Assembly: GCA_902489075.1 (NCBI GenBank)
Contig: CABTYO010000008.1
Location: 10,900-74,899, forward strand
DNA: 64,000 nt
Reading direction: 5' to 3'
DNA from: an uncultured Faecalicatena sp.
GTDB lineage: Bacteria; Bacillota; Clostridia; Lachnospirales; Lachnospiraceae
Positions 22,198 to 32,916 of the stretch are shown here, in pieces. Below the pieces are notes generated by a model. That model searched no databases. It saw only the letters and a list, made by a program, of their open reading frames with translations, and was not told the origin of the DNA. Both the position numbers and the translations under genes were made by a program. Position 1 is the stretch's first letter. Every line of letters starts with the position of its first letter.

Positions 22198-22487
22198 GGG
22201 ACGCCTGCCAGGAGGGAGAAGGAAGGAGGCAAAGCCGAGTCTTCCGGCTTACCGTTCGTGAAGCGGCACTAAATGAGAAGCGGGCGGATTTTGCCGCACA
22301 TGACAATTCGCCGTGTTTGCCTGATGCAAACGCGGCTCAGCTGTCATTGGAATTTGATTTTGGAAAATCAAATTCCATCGGCAAAATCCACCCGCTTCTC
22401 ATTAAGTGCCGCTAACACTCTCTCAGATGCTGGAAGACTCGGCTTCGCCTCCTTCCTTCTCCCTCCCGGCAGGCTGGCTTCATCCGG
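22198..22487 (-). repeat. Y-shaped fold-back element E1
   Basis: + strand gggacgc ... gctggcttcatccgg; long arms cctgccaggagggagaaggaaggaggc / gcctccttccttctccctcccggcagg; inner hairpins around 22321-22325 and at 22349-22376. Confidence 0.9.
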
Positions 22488-22640
22488 ACGGTAGAAAAGC
22501 TCGCTTCCGTGGGGGAATTTAGACCGGGGCGGCGGATTGAGTCGCGAGAACGCTACAGCCTTTTGTAATCAGATATATCCGTCCTGACAATTCCATCCGC
22601 TTTCCTTCGCAGAGGCTTCCCCAAGCAAACTTTTTACCTG

Positions 22641-22954
22641 CCGGATGCCCCAGCTCCGCAGGAGCCGGGCAGGGAGTTCTGGGTGGGGCTGTGTGTGTCT
22701 TTTCAAATGTCTTTAAGCGCGCCTACCGGCAGTTAAAGGAAAAACGGGAAAAACAGAGGTCAGAATTCGCCGTACAACGGCGTAATTCTGCAGCCTACTT
22801 GCGGAGAAATCATCAGGATTTCTCCGCATATAGGCTGGTGCCTCTGTTTTTCCCGTTTTTGCTTTTACTGCCGGTTTGCAAGCGGTGCGACATTCGAAAA
22901 GACACATACAGCCCCGCCCAGAGCTCCCTGCCCGGATCCTGTGGAGCGTCCCCC
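22641..22954 (+). repeat. Y-shaped fold-back element E2
   Basis: ccggatgccccagc ... gcgtccccc; long inverted arms; inner hairpins 22761-22790 (TACAA loop) and 22801-22827 (ATCAG loop). Confidence 0.9.
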
Positions 22955-22964
22955 TTCCGCACTC

Positions 22965-23831
22965 CTAACGTTTGCTCCCCGCCTCCCTCATTTTCAGCAT
23001 GGCCTGTTTCTCGATCTGTCCGACTTGTTCTTCTCTGATTCCCAGCTTTTCCGCAACTTCTTCCGGGGTGTGTGCTTTCCCGTCGTTCAGGCCGAAACGC
23101 ATGCGTATGATATCTTTCTCCTGCTCGCTGAGATGAGTTAGAAGTTCTTCTACTTCTTCTTTGCGGATCAGGGATGCTACGGCATCCTCTGCGGCATCTC
23201 TTTCTTCCTCTGTATCTTCTGAATCCGGGTCCTCTTCGTCTGTGAAGCCATTTTCTGCGAAATCAGGGTTCTTTAACATGGCCAGAATATTCTCCACCTC
23301 TTCTTGTGTCTTATCTCCCAGCTTTGCCGCTATCTCAGATGCACTTGGCTCTTTGCCGGATTCCTGGCGAAGGTTACGTGCCGTGGTCTGTACTTTTTTC
23401 ATATTCTCTGCTACAAAGGCAGGGACTTTAATCTCTTCGCCCAGTTCCTCGACTGCTCTTTTCATCTCTTCCCTGATATAAGGGGCAGCGAACTCGGAAA
23501 AACGCACTTCTTCTGTACCCTGGTACTGTGCCGATGCCTGCATCAGGCCGATATTTCCTTCCTGGATCAGATCCATGAACTGCACCCTGCTCCCGATATA
23601 TTCGCTGGCTATGGATACCACCAGGCTTAAGTTCGCCTCTTCCAGCCGCTGCCTCGCATCCATGTCACCTCTGGCAATGCGTTCACCCAGGGCTTTCTCT
23701 TCTTCGGCGCCAAGCGGCGGAATCTGCTCGATCTCTTTCAGATAAATCTTCAGCGGCTCCGATGCCTCCACGTTATCGGGAATCGAAATATCATCTATCA
23801 TTGTTTCTATACTTTCCATGTTGTCTTTCAT
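22965..23831 (-). CDS. Divergent sigma-70 family (RpoD-like) protein
   Basis: Region 1.2 YLKEI, region 2.1 LEEANLSLVVSIA, region 2.2 DLIQEGNIGL, region 4 LSEQEKDIIRMRFGL. Confidence 0.85.
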   Translation of the reverse strand: MKDNMESIETMIDDISIPDNVEASEPLKIYLKEIEQIPPLGAEEEKALGERIARGDMDARQRLEEANLSLVVSIASEYIGSRVQFMDLIQEGNIGLMQASAQYQGTEEVRFSEFAAPYIREEMKRAVEELGEEIKVPAFVAENMKKVQTTARNLRQESGKEPSASEIAAKLGDKTQEEVENILAMLKNPDFAENGFTDEEDPDSEDTEEERDAAEDAVASLIRKEEVEELLTHLSEQEKDIIRMRFGLNDGKAHTPEEVAEKLGIREEQVGQIEKQAMLKMREAGSKR

Positions 23832-23868
23832 ACCTCTCCTGCCGGGTTCCGTGAAAAATCATACTACC

Positions 23869-25821
23869 CTATATTTTTTCAATAATCTCACCGCTTCTGT
23901 ATGCTGCCAGAAGCCGTTCCAGATCTGCCACCTGTTCCTTCATATCTTTTCCGGTATCTGTGTCACCTACCAGACGGCGCTCCACCACCCGCTTGACTAC
24001 CATATATTCGGAGTGGATATCGCTCTCCTTCTGGATCGCTGCCTCCGTTGACTCGAATGGCTCATGCGCCACAAGGAGCAGACCATAGGAGTTATAGATC
24101 AGCGTATATCCTGCGATCCCGGTCTCTTTCTGATACGCCTTGGAGAAACCGCCGTCAATGACCAGCACCTTGCCTCTGCACTTGATCGGGCTCTCCCCGT
24201 TCTTGCGCTTAACCGGAACGTGTCCGTTTACAATATGGGCCCCCTGCGGATCCAGACCAAATTCGGTCATAATATGATCCACAACCGATTCCTTTTCCAG
24301 CAGATAATAATACGGATTCTTCTTCTCTACATGCGTCTCCTTCTCTGCCAGGAAGTATCTCTCAAATGTCGCCATCTTATCCTTGCCGAATAACGGTGAA
24401 TTCGGGTGCAGCCAGATATACCACATGATATCCCTGCCGTTTTCCCTATCCTCCTCATTCAACGCAAAGAATCCTTTCCTGAGATAACGGTCCAGCGCAT
24501 CATAAAGAGAACGCCCCTTAAACTTCTTGCCAAACAGGTCTACTTCCTTTAAACTGCCGTCCTCATTGAGCGGCACACAGCCGTGATATAACAGATTGTT
24601 ATTGAACACCTTGTAAAGACCGCCCTTGGCCAGCAGGAAACGCATATGCTCCTGCAGCTTCTCACAGCCCGTGAATGCACGTTCCAGACGGTCCATCACT
24701 TCTTCCTCTTCCTCGGAAAGCTTATAGGGATCTTTCGGGTCTATGGTTGGGAAATTCGTATCCAGAAGCTGATATTCCTTTCCATTCAGGGTGATGGTTC
24801 CCTTTTCATAATTGATCCGGTGCAGAAGTGCTCTGTCATCCAGCCCGAACTCTTTCTGACGGCGGATGATCTGTCCCTCCACTTTAAACTGGATAATGGA
24901 GATTGCCTTGTGCATCCGAAGATCCATCTCCATCTCCGCCTGATTCGGATTCTCCACTCCCTTTAATGCAAAACAGGTGCACGGATCATCCCCATAGGTC
25001 CTCAGGGCAAATGTTGCCAGAGGAAGCAGGTTGATCCCGTATCCATCCTCCAGGATGTCCAGATTACCATATCTTGCACAGATACGGATCACATTGGCCA
25101 TGCAGCCCCTCTGTCCTGTAGCCGCGCCCATCCACAGAACGTCATGGTTTCCCCACTGGATATCCACAGAATGATAACTTCTCAGCTTATCCATAATGAT
25201 ATGAGGTCCCGGACCTCTGTCGTAAATATCGCCTACGATATGTAAATGGTCTACAACCAGACGCTGGATCAGCTCTGAGATCGCTATGATGAAGTCCTCT
25301 GCCCGCCCGATCCTGATGATCGTCATTATAATCTCACTGTAATAGGACTCTTTATCACTTAACTCCGCCTTCTCCGTGATCAGTTCCTCGATCACATAGG
25401 CAAAATCCTTCGGAAGAGCCTTGCGTACCTTCGAACGGGTGTACTTGCTCGCCGCACGCTTGCTGACCTCGATCAGACGGTACAGATTAATCTTGTACCA
25501 GTCCTCCATATTGGTCTCCACCTTTTTTACCTGCGCCATCTTATCCTTCGGATAATAGATCAGTGTAGCCAGAGACTGCTTGTCCCTGGAACTCAAAGTA
25601 TGGCCGAACACATCATCAATCTTTCTCCTGACAGAACCCGAACCGTTCTTCAACACATGATTAAACGCCTCGTATTCCCCATGGATATCTGTCAGGAAAT
25701 GCTCTGTCCCCTTTGGCAGGTTCAGAATTGCCTGCAGATTGATAATCTCTGTAGATGCTGCTGCGATCGTCGGGTAAAGGTCCGACAATCTCTCCAAATA
25801 TCTGGTTTCCAGATCCTTCAT
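23869..25821 (-). CDS. fbp: Fructose-1,6-bisphosphatase class III (Firmicute type)
   Basis: [46 protein letters not shown]. Confidence 0.96.
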   Translation of the reverse strand: MKDLETRYLERLSDLYPTIAAASTEIINLQAILNLPKGTEHFLTDIHGEYEAFNHVLKNGSGSVRRKIDDVFGHTLSSRDKQSLATLIYYPKDKMAQVKKVETNMEDWYKINLYRLIEVSKRAASKYTRSKVRKALPKDFAYVIEELITEKAELSDKESYYSEIIMTIIRIGRAEDFIIAISELIQRLVVDHLHIVGDIYDRGPGPHIIMDKLRSYHSVDIQWGNHDVLWMGAATGQRGCMANVIRICARYGNLDILEDGYGINLLPLATFALRTYGDDPCTCFALKGVENPNQAEMEMDLRMHKAISIIQFKVEGQIIRRQKEFGLDDRALLHRINYEKGTITLNGKEYQLLDTNFPTIDPKDPYKLSEEEEEVMDRLERAFTGCEKLQEHMRFLLAKGGLYKVFNNNLLYHGCVPLNEDGSLKEVDLFGKKFKGRSLYDALDRYLRKGFFALNEEDRENGRDIMWYIWLHPNSPLFGKDKMATFERYFLAEKETHVEKKNPYYYLLEKESVVDHIMTEFGLDPQGAHIVNGHVPVKRKNGESPIKCRGKVLVIDGGFSKAYQKETGIAGYTLIYNSYGLLLVAHEPFESTEAAIQKESDIHSEYMVVKRVVERRLVGDTDTGKDMKEQVADLERLLAAYRSGEIIEKI

Positions 25822-25950
25822 GCTGCTTTTTCTCCCTTTTTCATAAAATCAAAACAGTGTGTTTTGCTCCTGTCCCCTTTTTCTTCAAAACAGGCTGATT
25901 CGAAATCTCTTCCTTCTGGTCAGACATTCCCGAAATCACCTTCCTTTCTG

Positions 25951-26709
25951 TCAGAACTGGATCACATCCCCCATATCATACATTCCCGCCGGCTGTCCTG
26001 CCAGGAACTTTGCCGCCTCCACAGCGCCTTTTCCAAAGACACTTCTGGAATAAGCAGTATGCTTGAATTCAATCACTTCATCCGGTCCTGCAAAGATCAC
26101 TTCATGTTCACCCACGATCGTACCTGCCCGCACCGCAGAAATGCCCATCTCTTTTGCATCTCTTTTTTTGCGGACCTGGCTTCTGTCATAGACATAAGTA
26201 TACTCGTTATTCAGGGCGGCATTCATGGAATCTGCCAGCGCCAGTGCGGTTCCGCTCGGTGCGTCGACCTTCTGGTTATGATGCTTCTCCACAAGCTCAA
26301 TATCGTATCCTGCCGGGGCAAGCACCCTGGCTGCATCCTTCAAAAGCTTTAAGAGAAGATTGATTCCCATGGACATATTGGCAGACTTTAATACCGCGAT
26401 CTTTTTGGAAACCTCCTGTACCTTCCCAAGCTGTTCTTCGGAAAGACCTGTTGTGCACAGTACAACCGGAATCTCCTTTCTGACACAATAATCCAGCAGG
26501 GCATCCACTGCCCCTGCATTGGAAAAATCAATGACAACATCCACGTCCACGTCACATGCATCAATACTCTCAAAAACCGGATAATCATTCGCAATTCCAG
26601 TATATGCGTCGACTCCTGCAGCGATCTCAAGCTGCTCATCCGCCTTGATCAGCCCTGTGATCATCTGCCCCATCTTTCCATTACATCCATGCATTAATAC
26701 TTTTAACAT
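25951..26709 (-). CDS. dapB: 4-hydroxy-tetrahydrodipicolinate reductase
   Basis: GCNGKMG, EKHHNQKVDAPSGTA. Confidence 0.97.
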   Translation of the reverse strand: MLKVLMHGCNGKMGQMITGLIKADEQLEIAAGVDAYTGIANDYPVFESIDACDVDVDVVIDFSNAGAVDALLDYCVRKEIPVVLCTTGLSEEQLGKVQEVSKKIAVLKSANMSMGINLLLKLLKDAARVLAPAGYDIELVEKHHNQKVDAPSGTALALADSMNAALNNEYTYVYDRSQVRKKRDAKEMGISAVRAGTIVGEHEVIFAGPDEVIEFKHTAYSRSVFGKGAVEAAKFLAGQPAGMYDMGDVIQF

Positions 26710-26852
26710 TTTATGTTCCTCCTGTATTTTATCTTTTACTTTGCAGTGTATCCTTCATAAGGGAAATTACTTATATGAAAAAGGATACCACATTTGAGTG
26801 CTTTCCTCAATGTATGATATCCCTTTAACAATCATATTCCAGTATTCACCTG

Positions 26853-27743
26853 TTATACAAGCTTAATCCCAAAATCTTCCATAGCCTTCGCAAGCTTAAC
26901 TGTGTTGGCTTCTGTCAGTTCTGTAAGAGGCATACGCACTCCTCCGACCTGCATTCCCATCAGGTTCACAGCCTTCTTGACCGGAATCGGGTTCACTTCA
27001 CAGAACAGCTGCTGGATCAGCGGCAGTGCCTTCAGCTGAAGTGCACGGCTTCCTTCCAGGTCACCCTCGAAGAACTTCGCACAGATATCATGCGTCTCCC
27101 GCGGTGCAACATTCGATAATACGGAGATGACACCCTTACCGCCAAGTGCCAGAAGAGGTACGATCTGGTCGTCATTACCTGAGTAAAGGTCTACCTTCCC
27201 GTCGGTCAGCTGCATGATCTTTGCAACCTGTGAAATATCTCCGGATGCTTCCTTCACTCCTACAATATTCTCAACTTCACTTACAAGCTGTGCGACTGTC
27301 GCCGGCTCGATATTCATGCCTGTTCTGCTCTTCACACTGTATAAAATAATCGGTGCCTTCGCTTCGGCAGCAATTGCTTTATAATGTGCCACAAGGCCTG
27401 CCTGTGTTGCTTTATTATAATAAGGAGTCACAAGGAGCAGTCCGTCCGCACCCGCTTCGGCTGCGTCTTTAGACATCTCGATTGCTGTGCGCGTACAATT
27501 GGAACCTGTTCCCGCGATCACCGGGATTCGCTGCTTCGTACGCTCTATCGTAAACTTAATGCATTCCATATGCTCTTCTTCTGTTAAAGTAGAAGATTCG
27601 CCAGTTGTACCACAAATAATAATACTGTCCGTACCATTCTCGCAGTGATAATCAATCAACTCATCCAGCTTATCATAGTTGACGCTCCCATCTTCGTGAA
27701 ATGGGGTGATAATCGCTACTCCGGCTCCTTTAAATATTGACAT
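26853..27743 (-). CDS. dapA: 4-hydroxy-tetrahydrodipicolinate synthase
   Basis: GTTGES, PYYNK, GVKEAS, NPIPVK; ATG 27743 follows AGGAGG. Confidence 0.97.
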   Translation of the reverse strand: MSIFKGAGVAIITPFHEDGSVNYDKLDELIDYHCENGTDSIIICGTTGESSTLTEEEHMECIKFTIERTKQRIPVIAGTGSNCTRTAIEMSKDAAEAGADGLLLVTPYYNKATQAGLVAHYKAIAAEAKAPIILYSVKSRTGMNIEPATVAQLVSEVENIVGVKEASGDISQVAKIMQLTDGKVDLYSGNDDQIVPLLALGGKGVISVLSNVAPRETHDICAKFFEGDLEGSRALQLKALPLIQQLFCEVNPIPVKKAVNLMGMQVGGVRMPLTELTEANTVKLAKAMEDFGIKLV

Positions 27744-27842
27744 ATACATCCTCCTAATCTTAAACACTTATCTTTCCAAAGTTTAACATTAAATAGGTCT
27801 GCTGTCAACGTACTGAACAAAGAAACGTGTTGAACAGTACTT

Positions 27843-28472
27843 CTATTCTTCCATACATTCTAACTTGCTTACGGATACTTCATAGGCAATACGCGTCTCT
27901 GTTTCTGTCTCAGACAGTTTCTTTACATATTCCCTGCTCTGTATTCTTCCCAGGATCTGAACGTGCTCCCCAACTTCAAATCCGGATGCATATCTTGCAT
28001 TGCGTCCCCAGCAGATACATGGGATATAATCTGACTTTCCATAAGGTCTGTTCACAGCGAGCAGAAGATCCGCAATCTCACGACCAAGCGGAGTCTTTCT
28101 GTAGACCGGTTTCTTACAGATATAACCTTCCAGCAGGATATGGTTCGTCTTCGCCCCGTCCAACTCCTCATCAATAAATTCAACCTCTCGCACAAAAACA
28201 GAAAGAACCAGTCTATTCTTCTGTTCTTCATGCCGGTTATAAGAACGGAACTGTCCGGAAACCATAATGAACTCCCCTGTGAAGTCCTGAGTCACATCAA
28301 TGAGTCTCTCCGAGATCATAAGCGGGATCCTGTCATCCGAATTGCTGAGTCTCTTCACCAGCACATCCACCATATAGAACCCTTCTCCGAAAACCTCGTG
28401 GCTGTATGTAAACTTAGAAGCCACCTCACCCATGATTGTTACCTGATTGTTTTCAATAATCTTATCTGACAT
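27843..28472 (-). CDS. ssb: Single-stranded DNA-binding protein, tandem OB-fold type
   Basis: Two OB-like halves (G.FRSYN and GRIQSREY), YRKTPLGREI, SDYIPCICWGRNA; no acidic DDDLPF tail. Confidence 0.88.
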   Translation of the reverse strand: MSDKIIENNQVTIMGEVASKFTYSHEVFGEGFYMVDVLVKRLSNSDDRIPLMISERLIDVTQDFTGEFIMVSGQFRSYNRHEEQKNRLVLSVFVREVEFIDEELDGAKTNHILLEGYICKKPVYRKTPLGREIADLLLAVNRPYGKSDYIPCICWGRNARYASGFEVGEHVQILGRIQSREYVKKLSETETETRIAYEVSVSKLECMEE

Positions 28473-28622
28473 AATTTTTAATACTCCCTTCCTCTGACTG
28501 GTATTTTTGAGTCAATACTAAGTCTATGAGCATGATAGCGGAGGTAGACCAAAAATTCCAGGAAATTCGTTCGACAAAATTTGATAGGAGGGCGGGTTCC
28601 ACAAGCAGGATTTCGGATAAAA

Positions 28623-28887
28623 GGGACGCCATGGAGGAGGGGGGCAGAGGGCGGCGGTGCTGCCGGGGAATGGGTAATCGGCTAAATAAAATTTCCGGCG
28701 AAATGGCGGGCACCGCGGACATGCGGGTAAAATCTGATGATTTTACCCTGTAGGTCCGCTCATTTTCCGGACTTGTGGTCCGTAAAATGACCCGCATTTC
28801 ACCGGAAATTTTATTGAAGCCGATTATCCCATTCCCCTAAATGCACTGCCGCCCCCTGCCCCCCTCCTCCATGGCTGGTTCATCCGG
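28623..28887 (-). repeat. Y-shaped fold-back element E3
   Basis: + strand gggacgccatggaggagggggg ... cccctcctccatggctggttcatccgg; inner hairpins 28725-28748 and 28760-28790. Confidence 0.9.
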
Positions 28888-29149
28888 ACGCGGCTTAAAA
28901 GCGCGCTCCTATTTTGGGGATTTTGGCGGGGTGAGACGGGGTGGGGATTGGGGGAAATGAACGTGCAAGAGAGGGGGAAGGATAAATTTTGAAAGGGGGG
29001 GTGAAATGTGACGCTTCATATATAAAGGTGTAAAATTTTGTCGGCAAATTCTTTGGGAAATATTTTTAAAAATGGGGAATACTTTAATTCAGTCCTCTTT
29101 TAAACGGAATTTTAACAACTATTTTCCCCCTCTCCCATATATGTAATTA

Positions 29150-29185
29150 AATATTTAATCAGATATTTAATCAAATATTTAGTCA
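29150..29185. repeat. Three 12-bp tandem repeats RATATTTARTCA
   Basis: aatatttaatca-gatatttaatca-aatatttagtca. Confidence 0.75.
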
Positions 29186-29267
29186 GACATAATTCCCTCC
29201 CCCTCATCTCTCATCCTCCCCGCCACAATAAGCCGCATCCCCCAAAGGGGGTGCCGGCCCCCACCGG

Positions 29268-29578
29268 CTTGATGAACGTTAGCGAGCAATATGCGCAGGG
29301 GCCGCTGACGGGGGAGGTCCATGACCTTTTTGAGGGGCGTAGAGTGCGCGTTAGAACTGCTTAGTCAAAACAGGCAGGATCTCACGGGTGGAATTTGATT
29401 TACAAAATCAAATTCCAAAGACACCTGAGACGCGTAAGCATCGGCTTACGGGGCGAATGTGTCTGGTCCCGCGAGATCCTGCCTGTTTTGGCTTAGCAGT
29501 TCTTCGCAAACGGTCAGCCCCAAAAAGGCCATGGATCTCCCCCGTCAGTGGACGCTGTGCATATTGCGAGCGCCCCCC
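29268..29578 (+). repeat. Y-shaped fold-back element E4 (more divergent termini)
   Basis: cttgatgaacgttagc ... gcgcccccc; long arms; inner hairpins 29390-29416 (TACAA loop) and 29433-29450 (ATCG loop). Confidence 0.85.
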
Positions 29579-29667
29579 TTACACAAAAATCCTTCCCATA
29601 TGGTAAGTTTTGTGATAGAATAAAAAAGTTGTAACCACATTATATAGTAGAAAGAGTGTTGAATATT

Positions 29668-31494
29668 ATGAAAACAAAGCGTGAAGATGTTAGAAATATT
29701 GCGATTATTGCACATGTTGACCACGGCAAAACGACTCTGGTCGACGAACTTTTGAAACAGAGCGGTGTGTTCCGCGAGAATCAGGAAGTGGCGGAGCGCG
29801 TCATGGACTCCAATGATATTGAGAGGGAAAGGGGGATTACGATCCTGTCCAAGAATACGGCTGTCTATTATAAGGGAACGAAGATTAATATCATCGATAC
29901 CCCCGGACATGCTGATTTCGGCGGCGAGGTGGAACGTGTCCTTAAGATGGTAAATGGGGTTGTTCTTGTTGTGGATGCTTTTGAGGGTGCCATGCCTCAG
30001 ACCAAGTTTGTCTTAAGAAAAGCTCTGGAGCTGGATCTCCCGGTTATCGTCTGCATCAATAAGATCGACCGTCCGGAGGCAAGACCGGATGAAGTCATCG
30101 ATGAGGTCCTGGAGCTTTTCATGGATCTGGATGCTTCTGATGAACAGCTGGACTGCCCGTTCGTTTATGCTTCTGCCAAGTCAGGAATTGCTGTACTGGA
30201 CCTGACTGATGATACAAAGAACATGGAGCCTTTATTTGAGACGATCCTGGATTATATCCCTGCACCGGAAGGTGACCCGGAAGCACCGACCCAGGTGCTG
30301 ATCAGTACCATTGATTACAATGAGTATGTGGGACGTATTGGTGTCGGTAAGGTAGACAATGGAACCATCGCTGTGAATCAGGAAATGGTTCTTCTGAACC
30401 ACCATGATCCGACCAAGCAGGACAAGGTTAAGATCAGCAAGCTGTATGAATTTGACGGTCTGAATAAAGTGGAGGTTAAAGAAGCTACCATCGGATCCAT
30501 CGTTGCGATCTCCGGTATTTCCGGCATTTCCATCGGAGATACACTGTGCTCCCCTGAAAATCCGGTTGCAATTCCGTTCCAGAAGATTTCCGAGCCGACG
30601 ATTTCCATGCAGTTTATCGTAAATGACAGCCCGTTTGCCGGACAGGAAGGAAAGTACGTGACCTCCCGCCATATCCGCGACAGACTGTTCCGCGAGCTGA
30701 ACACCGATGTCAGCCTTCGTGTGGAGGAGACGGAAAGTGCCGACAGCTTCAATGTTTCCGGACGTGGAGAACTGCATCTTTCTGTCCTTATTGAAAATAT
30801 GAGACGTGAGGGTTATGAATTTGCAGTTAGTAAGGCAGAAGTGCTTTACAGAACCGATGAAAACGGCAAGAAGTTAGAACCTATGGAAATTGCTTATGTC
30901 GATGTTCCGGATGAATTTACGGGAACCGTCATTGACAAGTTAAGCCAGCGTAAAGGGGAACTGCAGAATATGGGAACCTCCAACGGCGGCTATACAAGGC
31001 TGGAATTCTCCATCCCATCCCGAGGGCTGATCGGATACCGCGGTGAGTTTATGACCGATACAAAGGGAAATGGTATCCTCAATACCAGCTTTGACGGCTA
31101 TGCACCTTATAAGGGAGATATCCAGTACAGAAAGCAGGGTTCCCTGATCGCATTTGAGACAGGAGAATCTGTCACTTATGGATTGTACAGTGCCCAGGAG
31201 CGTGGTACATTATTTATAGGACCTGGTGAAAAAGTTTATGCCGGTATGGTCATCGGACAGAACGGTAAGGCAGAGGATATCGAGCTGAACGTCTGCAAGA
31301 CAAAGCACCTGACCAATACCCGTTCTTCCAGTGCGGATGAAGCATTGAGGCTGACGACACCGCGTATCTTAAGCCTGGAAGAGGCACTGGACTTCATCGA
31401 TACAGACGAACTTCTGGAAGTCACTCCAAAGTCTCTTCGTATCCGCAAGAAGATCCTGGATGCAAGAATGCGTAAGAGAAGTAATTTAAAATAG
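29668..31494 (+). CDS. typA: Translational GTPase TypA/BipA
   Basis: [30 protein letters not shown]; the start may extend to 29656. Confidence 0.97.
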   Translation: MKTKREDVRNIAIIAHVDHGKTTLVDELLKQSGVFRENQEVAERVMDSNDIERERGITILSKNTAVYYKGTKINIIDTPGHADFGGEVERVLKMVNGVVLVVDAFEGAMPQTKFVLRKALELDLPVIVCINKIDRPEARPDEVIDEVLELFMDLDASDEQLDCPFVYASAKSGIAVLDLTDDTKNMEPLFETILDYIPAPEGDPEAPTQVLISTIDYNEYVGRIGVGKVDNGTIAVNQEMVLLNHHDPTKQDKVKISKLYEFDGLNKVEVKEATIGSIVAISGISGISIGDTLCSPENPVAIPFQKISEPTISMQFIVNDSPFAGQEGKYVTSRHIRDRLFRELNTDVSLRVEETESADSFNVSGRGELHLSVLIENMRREGYEFAVSKAEVLYRTDENGKKLEPMEIAYVDVPDEFTGTVIDKLSQRKGELQNMGTSNGGYTRLEFSIPSRGLIGYRGEFMTDTKGNGILNTSFDGYAPYKGDIQYRKQGSLIAFETGESVTYGLYSAQERGTLFIGPGEKVYAGMVIGQNGKAEDIELNVCKTKHLTNTRSSSADEALRLTTPRILSLEEALDFIDTDELLEVTPKSLRIRKKILDARMRKRSNLK

Positions 31495-31537
31495 TATAAG
31501 CAGGTCCAGACCGACAGTCCAAAAGGAGAAAGAACAC

Positions 31538-32149
31538 ATGAAAAAATATGCAAATGCGATTCTAAAGAACTTGACAACTGCCCTGGAATTAGTGATTGCC
31601 GCACTTTTAGCTGCCGGGATCATCATCATGACCGCACAGCTCATTTTATCCTTCGGCAATCTCACAGACCTGAACGCTTATCCGAATTATGATGATTTAC
31701 TGACAACATGCTTCAACCTGATCATCGGCGTGGAGATGATCCGAATGCTTTATCTCCATACGCCGATGACGGTGTTTGAAGTCCTGTTATTCGCGATTGC
31801 CAGGCAGGTCATCATCGACCACTCCTCTTCGATCAACACCCTGCTCGGTGTGATCGCCATCGCGATTTTATTTGCTACAAGAAAGTTTTTATTTGTCGCC
31901 TTCGACGAATCCGAACGGATCATCTTCCGCTCCAACCAGAAGGTCCGCCACGTGAACCGCCTCATCCACTCCAACATCCCGTATGAGGATGATGAGACTC
32001 TGCTGGAAGTCCTGCTTAAAAAGATGAAGCAGGATGAAGTCGAGATCGGCGTAGGCGCATGTATCTATTTCCAGAAATTCGGACTCCGCATTGCCAAAAT
32101 TACAGATGGAAAAATTACAAGAATTGAAGTGATTCGTTCTATACAATAA
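31538..32149 (+). CDS. Membrane protein with PsiE-like N-terminal TM domain and small soluble C-terminal domain
   Basis: Four hydrophobic segments, LIIGVEMIRML and LFAIARQVII motifs. Confidence 0.7.
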   Translation: MKKYANAILKNLTTALELVIAALLAAGIIIMTAQLILSFGNLTDLNAYPNYDDLLTTCFNLIIGVEMIRMLYLHTPMTVFEVLLFAIARQVIIDHSSSINTLLGVIAIAILFATRKFLFVAFDESERIIFRSNQKVRHVNRLIHSNIPYEDDETLLEVLLKKMKQDEVEIGVGACIYFQKFGLRIAKITDGKITRIEVIRSIQ

Positions 32150-32233
32150 AAGGTTTCCATGCTATAATATTTACATAATACAAGCAAGATTACATATCCT
32201 GTCTGTATAATATGAACAAAAGGAGTTGAGCAC

Positions 32234-32791
32234 ATGAATTTTATTATTAGTGGAAAGAACATCGACGTAACACCAGGCTTGAAGGACACTATCGAACAAA
32301 AGTTAGGAAAACTCGAAAGGTATTTCACTCCTGAAACAGAAATCATCGTAACACTCAGCGTAGAGAAAGAAAGACAGAAGATTGAAGTAACCATCCCGGT
32401 GAAAGGGAACATCATCCGTTCCGAGCAGACAAGCTCCGATATGTATGTATCGATCGACCTTGTTGAGGAAGTCATCGAACGCCAGCTTCGCAAGTATAAA
32501 AATAAACTGGTTGCCAAGAGCCAGGGTCACCCGACAGCAGCCTCAAGCGGAAGCAACTTCAAGAAGGAGTTCTTCGATTCCAAGGAAGAGACACCGCAGG
32601 ATGATGAGATCCGCATCGTAAGGACCAAGCGTTTCGGAATCAAGCCGATGTATCCGGAAGATGCCTGCATTCAGATGGATCTGGTCGGACATTCCTTCTT
32701 CGTATTCTGTAATGCAGAGACGGAGGAAGTAAACGTAGTATATAAGAGAAAAGACGGTTCCTTCGGACTGATCGAACCTGAATTTGATTAA
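32234..32791 (+). CDS. hpf: Ribosome hibernation promoting factor (long HPF/RaiA)
   Basis: ISGKNIDVT, DMYVSID, KPMYPEDA..QM.LVGH.FFVF.N. Confidence 0.95.
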   Translation: MNFIISGKNIDVTPGLKDTIEQKLGKLERYFTPETEIIVTLSVEKERQKIEVTIPVKGNIIRSEQTSSDMYVSIDLVEEVIERQLRKYKNKLVAKSQGHPTAASSGSNFKKEFFDSKEETPQDDEIRIVRTKRFGIKPMYPEDACIQMDLVGHSFFVFCNAETEEVNVVYKRKDGSFGLIEPEFD

Positions 32792-32840
32792 GCGATCCAG
32801 CAAGTCACATTTGATTCAGCTGAATAAAGTAAGTATATTA

Positions 32841-32870
32841 AAAGGTACCTGGGAATTCCCAGGTACCTTT
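32841..32870. terminator. Perfect 30-bp palindrome between convergent hpf and yigZ (probable bidirectional terminator)
   Basis: aaaggtacctgggaa|ttcccaggtaccttt. Confidence 0.7.
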
Positions 32871-32916
32871 CTTAATTCAGCAGCTCTGCTGCTGCCCGCA
32901 CGTCCAGTTATCAAAT

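Noticed and set aside
22310..22345. CTGATG motifs in E1 and E3 as hammerhead ribozyme cores
   Set aside because: CTGATG lies in hairpin loops and no correctly placed GAAA and cleavage triplet with three stems could be built.
22064..23141. Short ORFs over E1 and E2 (22064-22306, 22273-22494, 22691-23038, 22713-22907)
   Set aside because: No convincing RBS or recognisable domains; by-products of GC-rich palindromic sequence.
28462..29606. Short ORFs over E3 and E4 (28462-28797, 28526-28753, 29388-29606)
   Set aside because: They lie on the fold-back elements, have atypical composition and show no recognisable homology.
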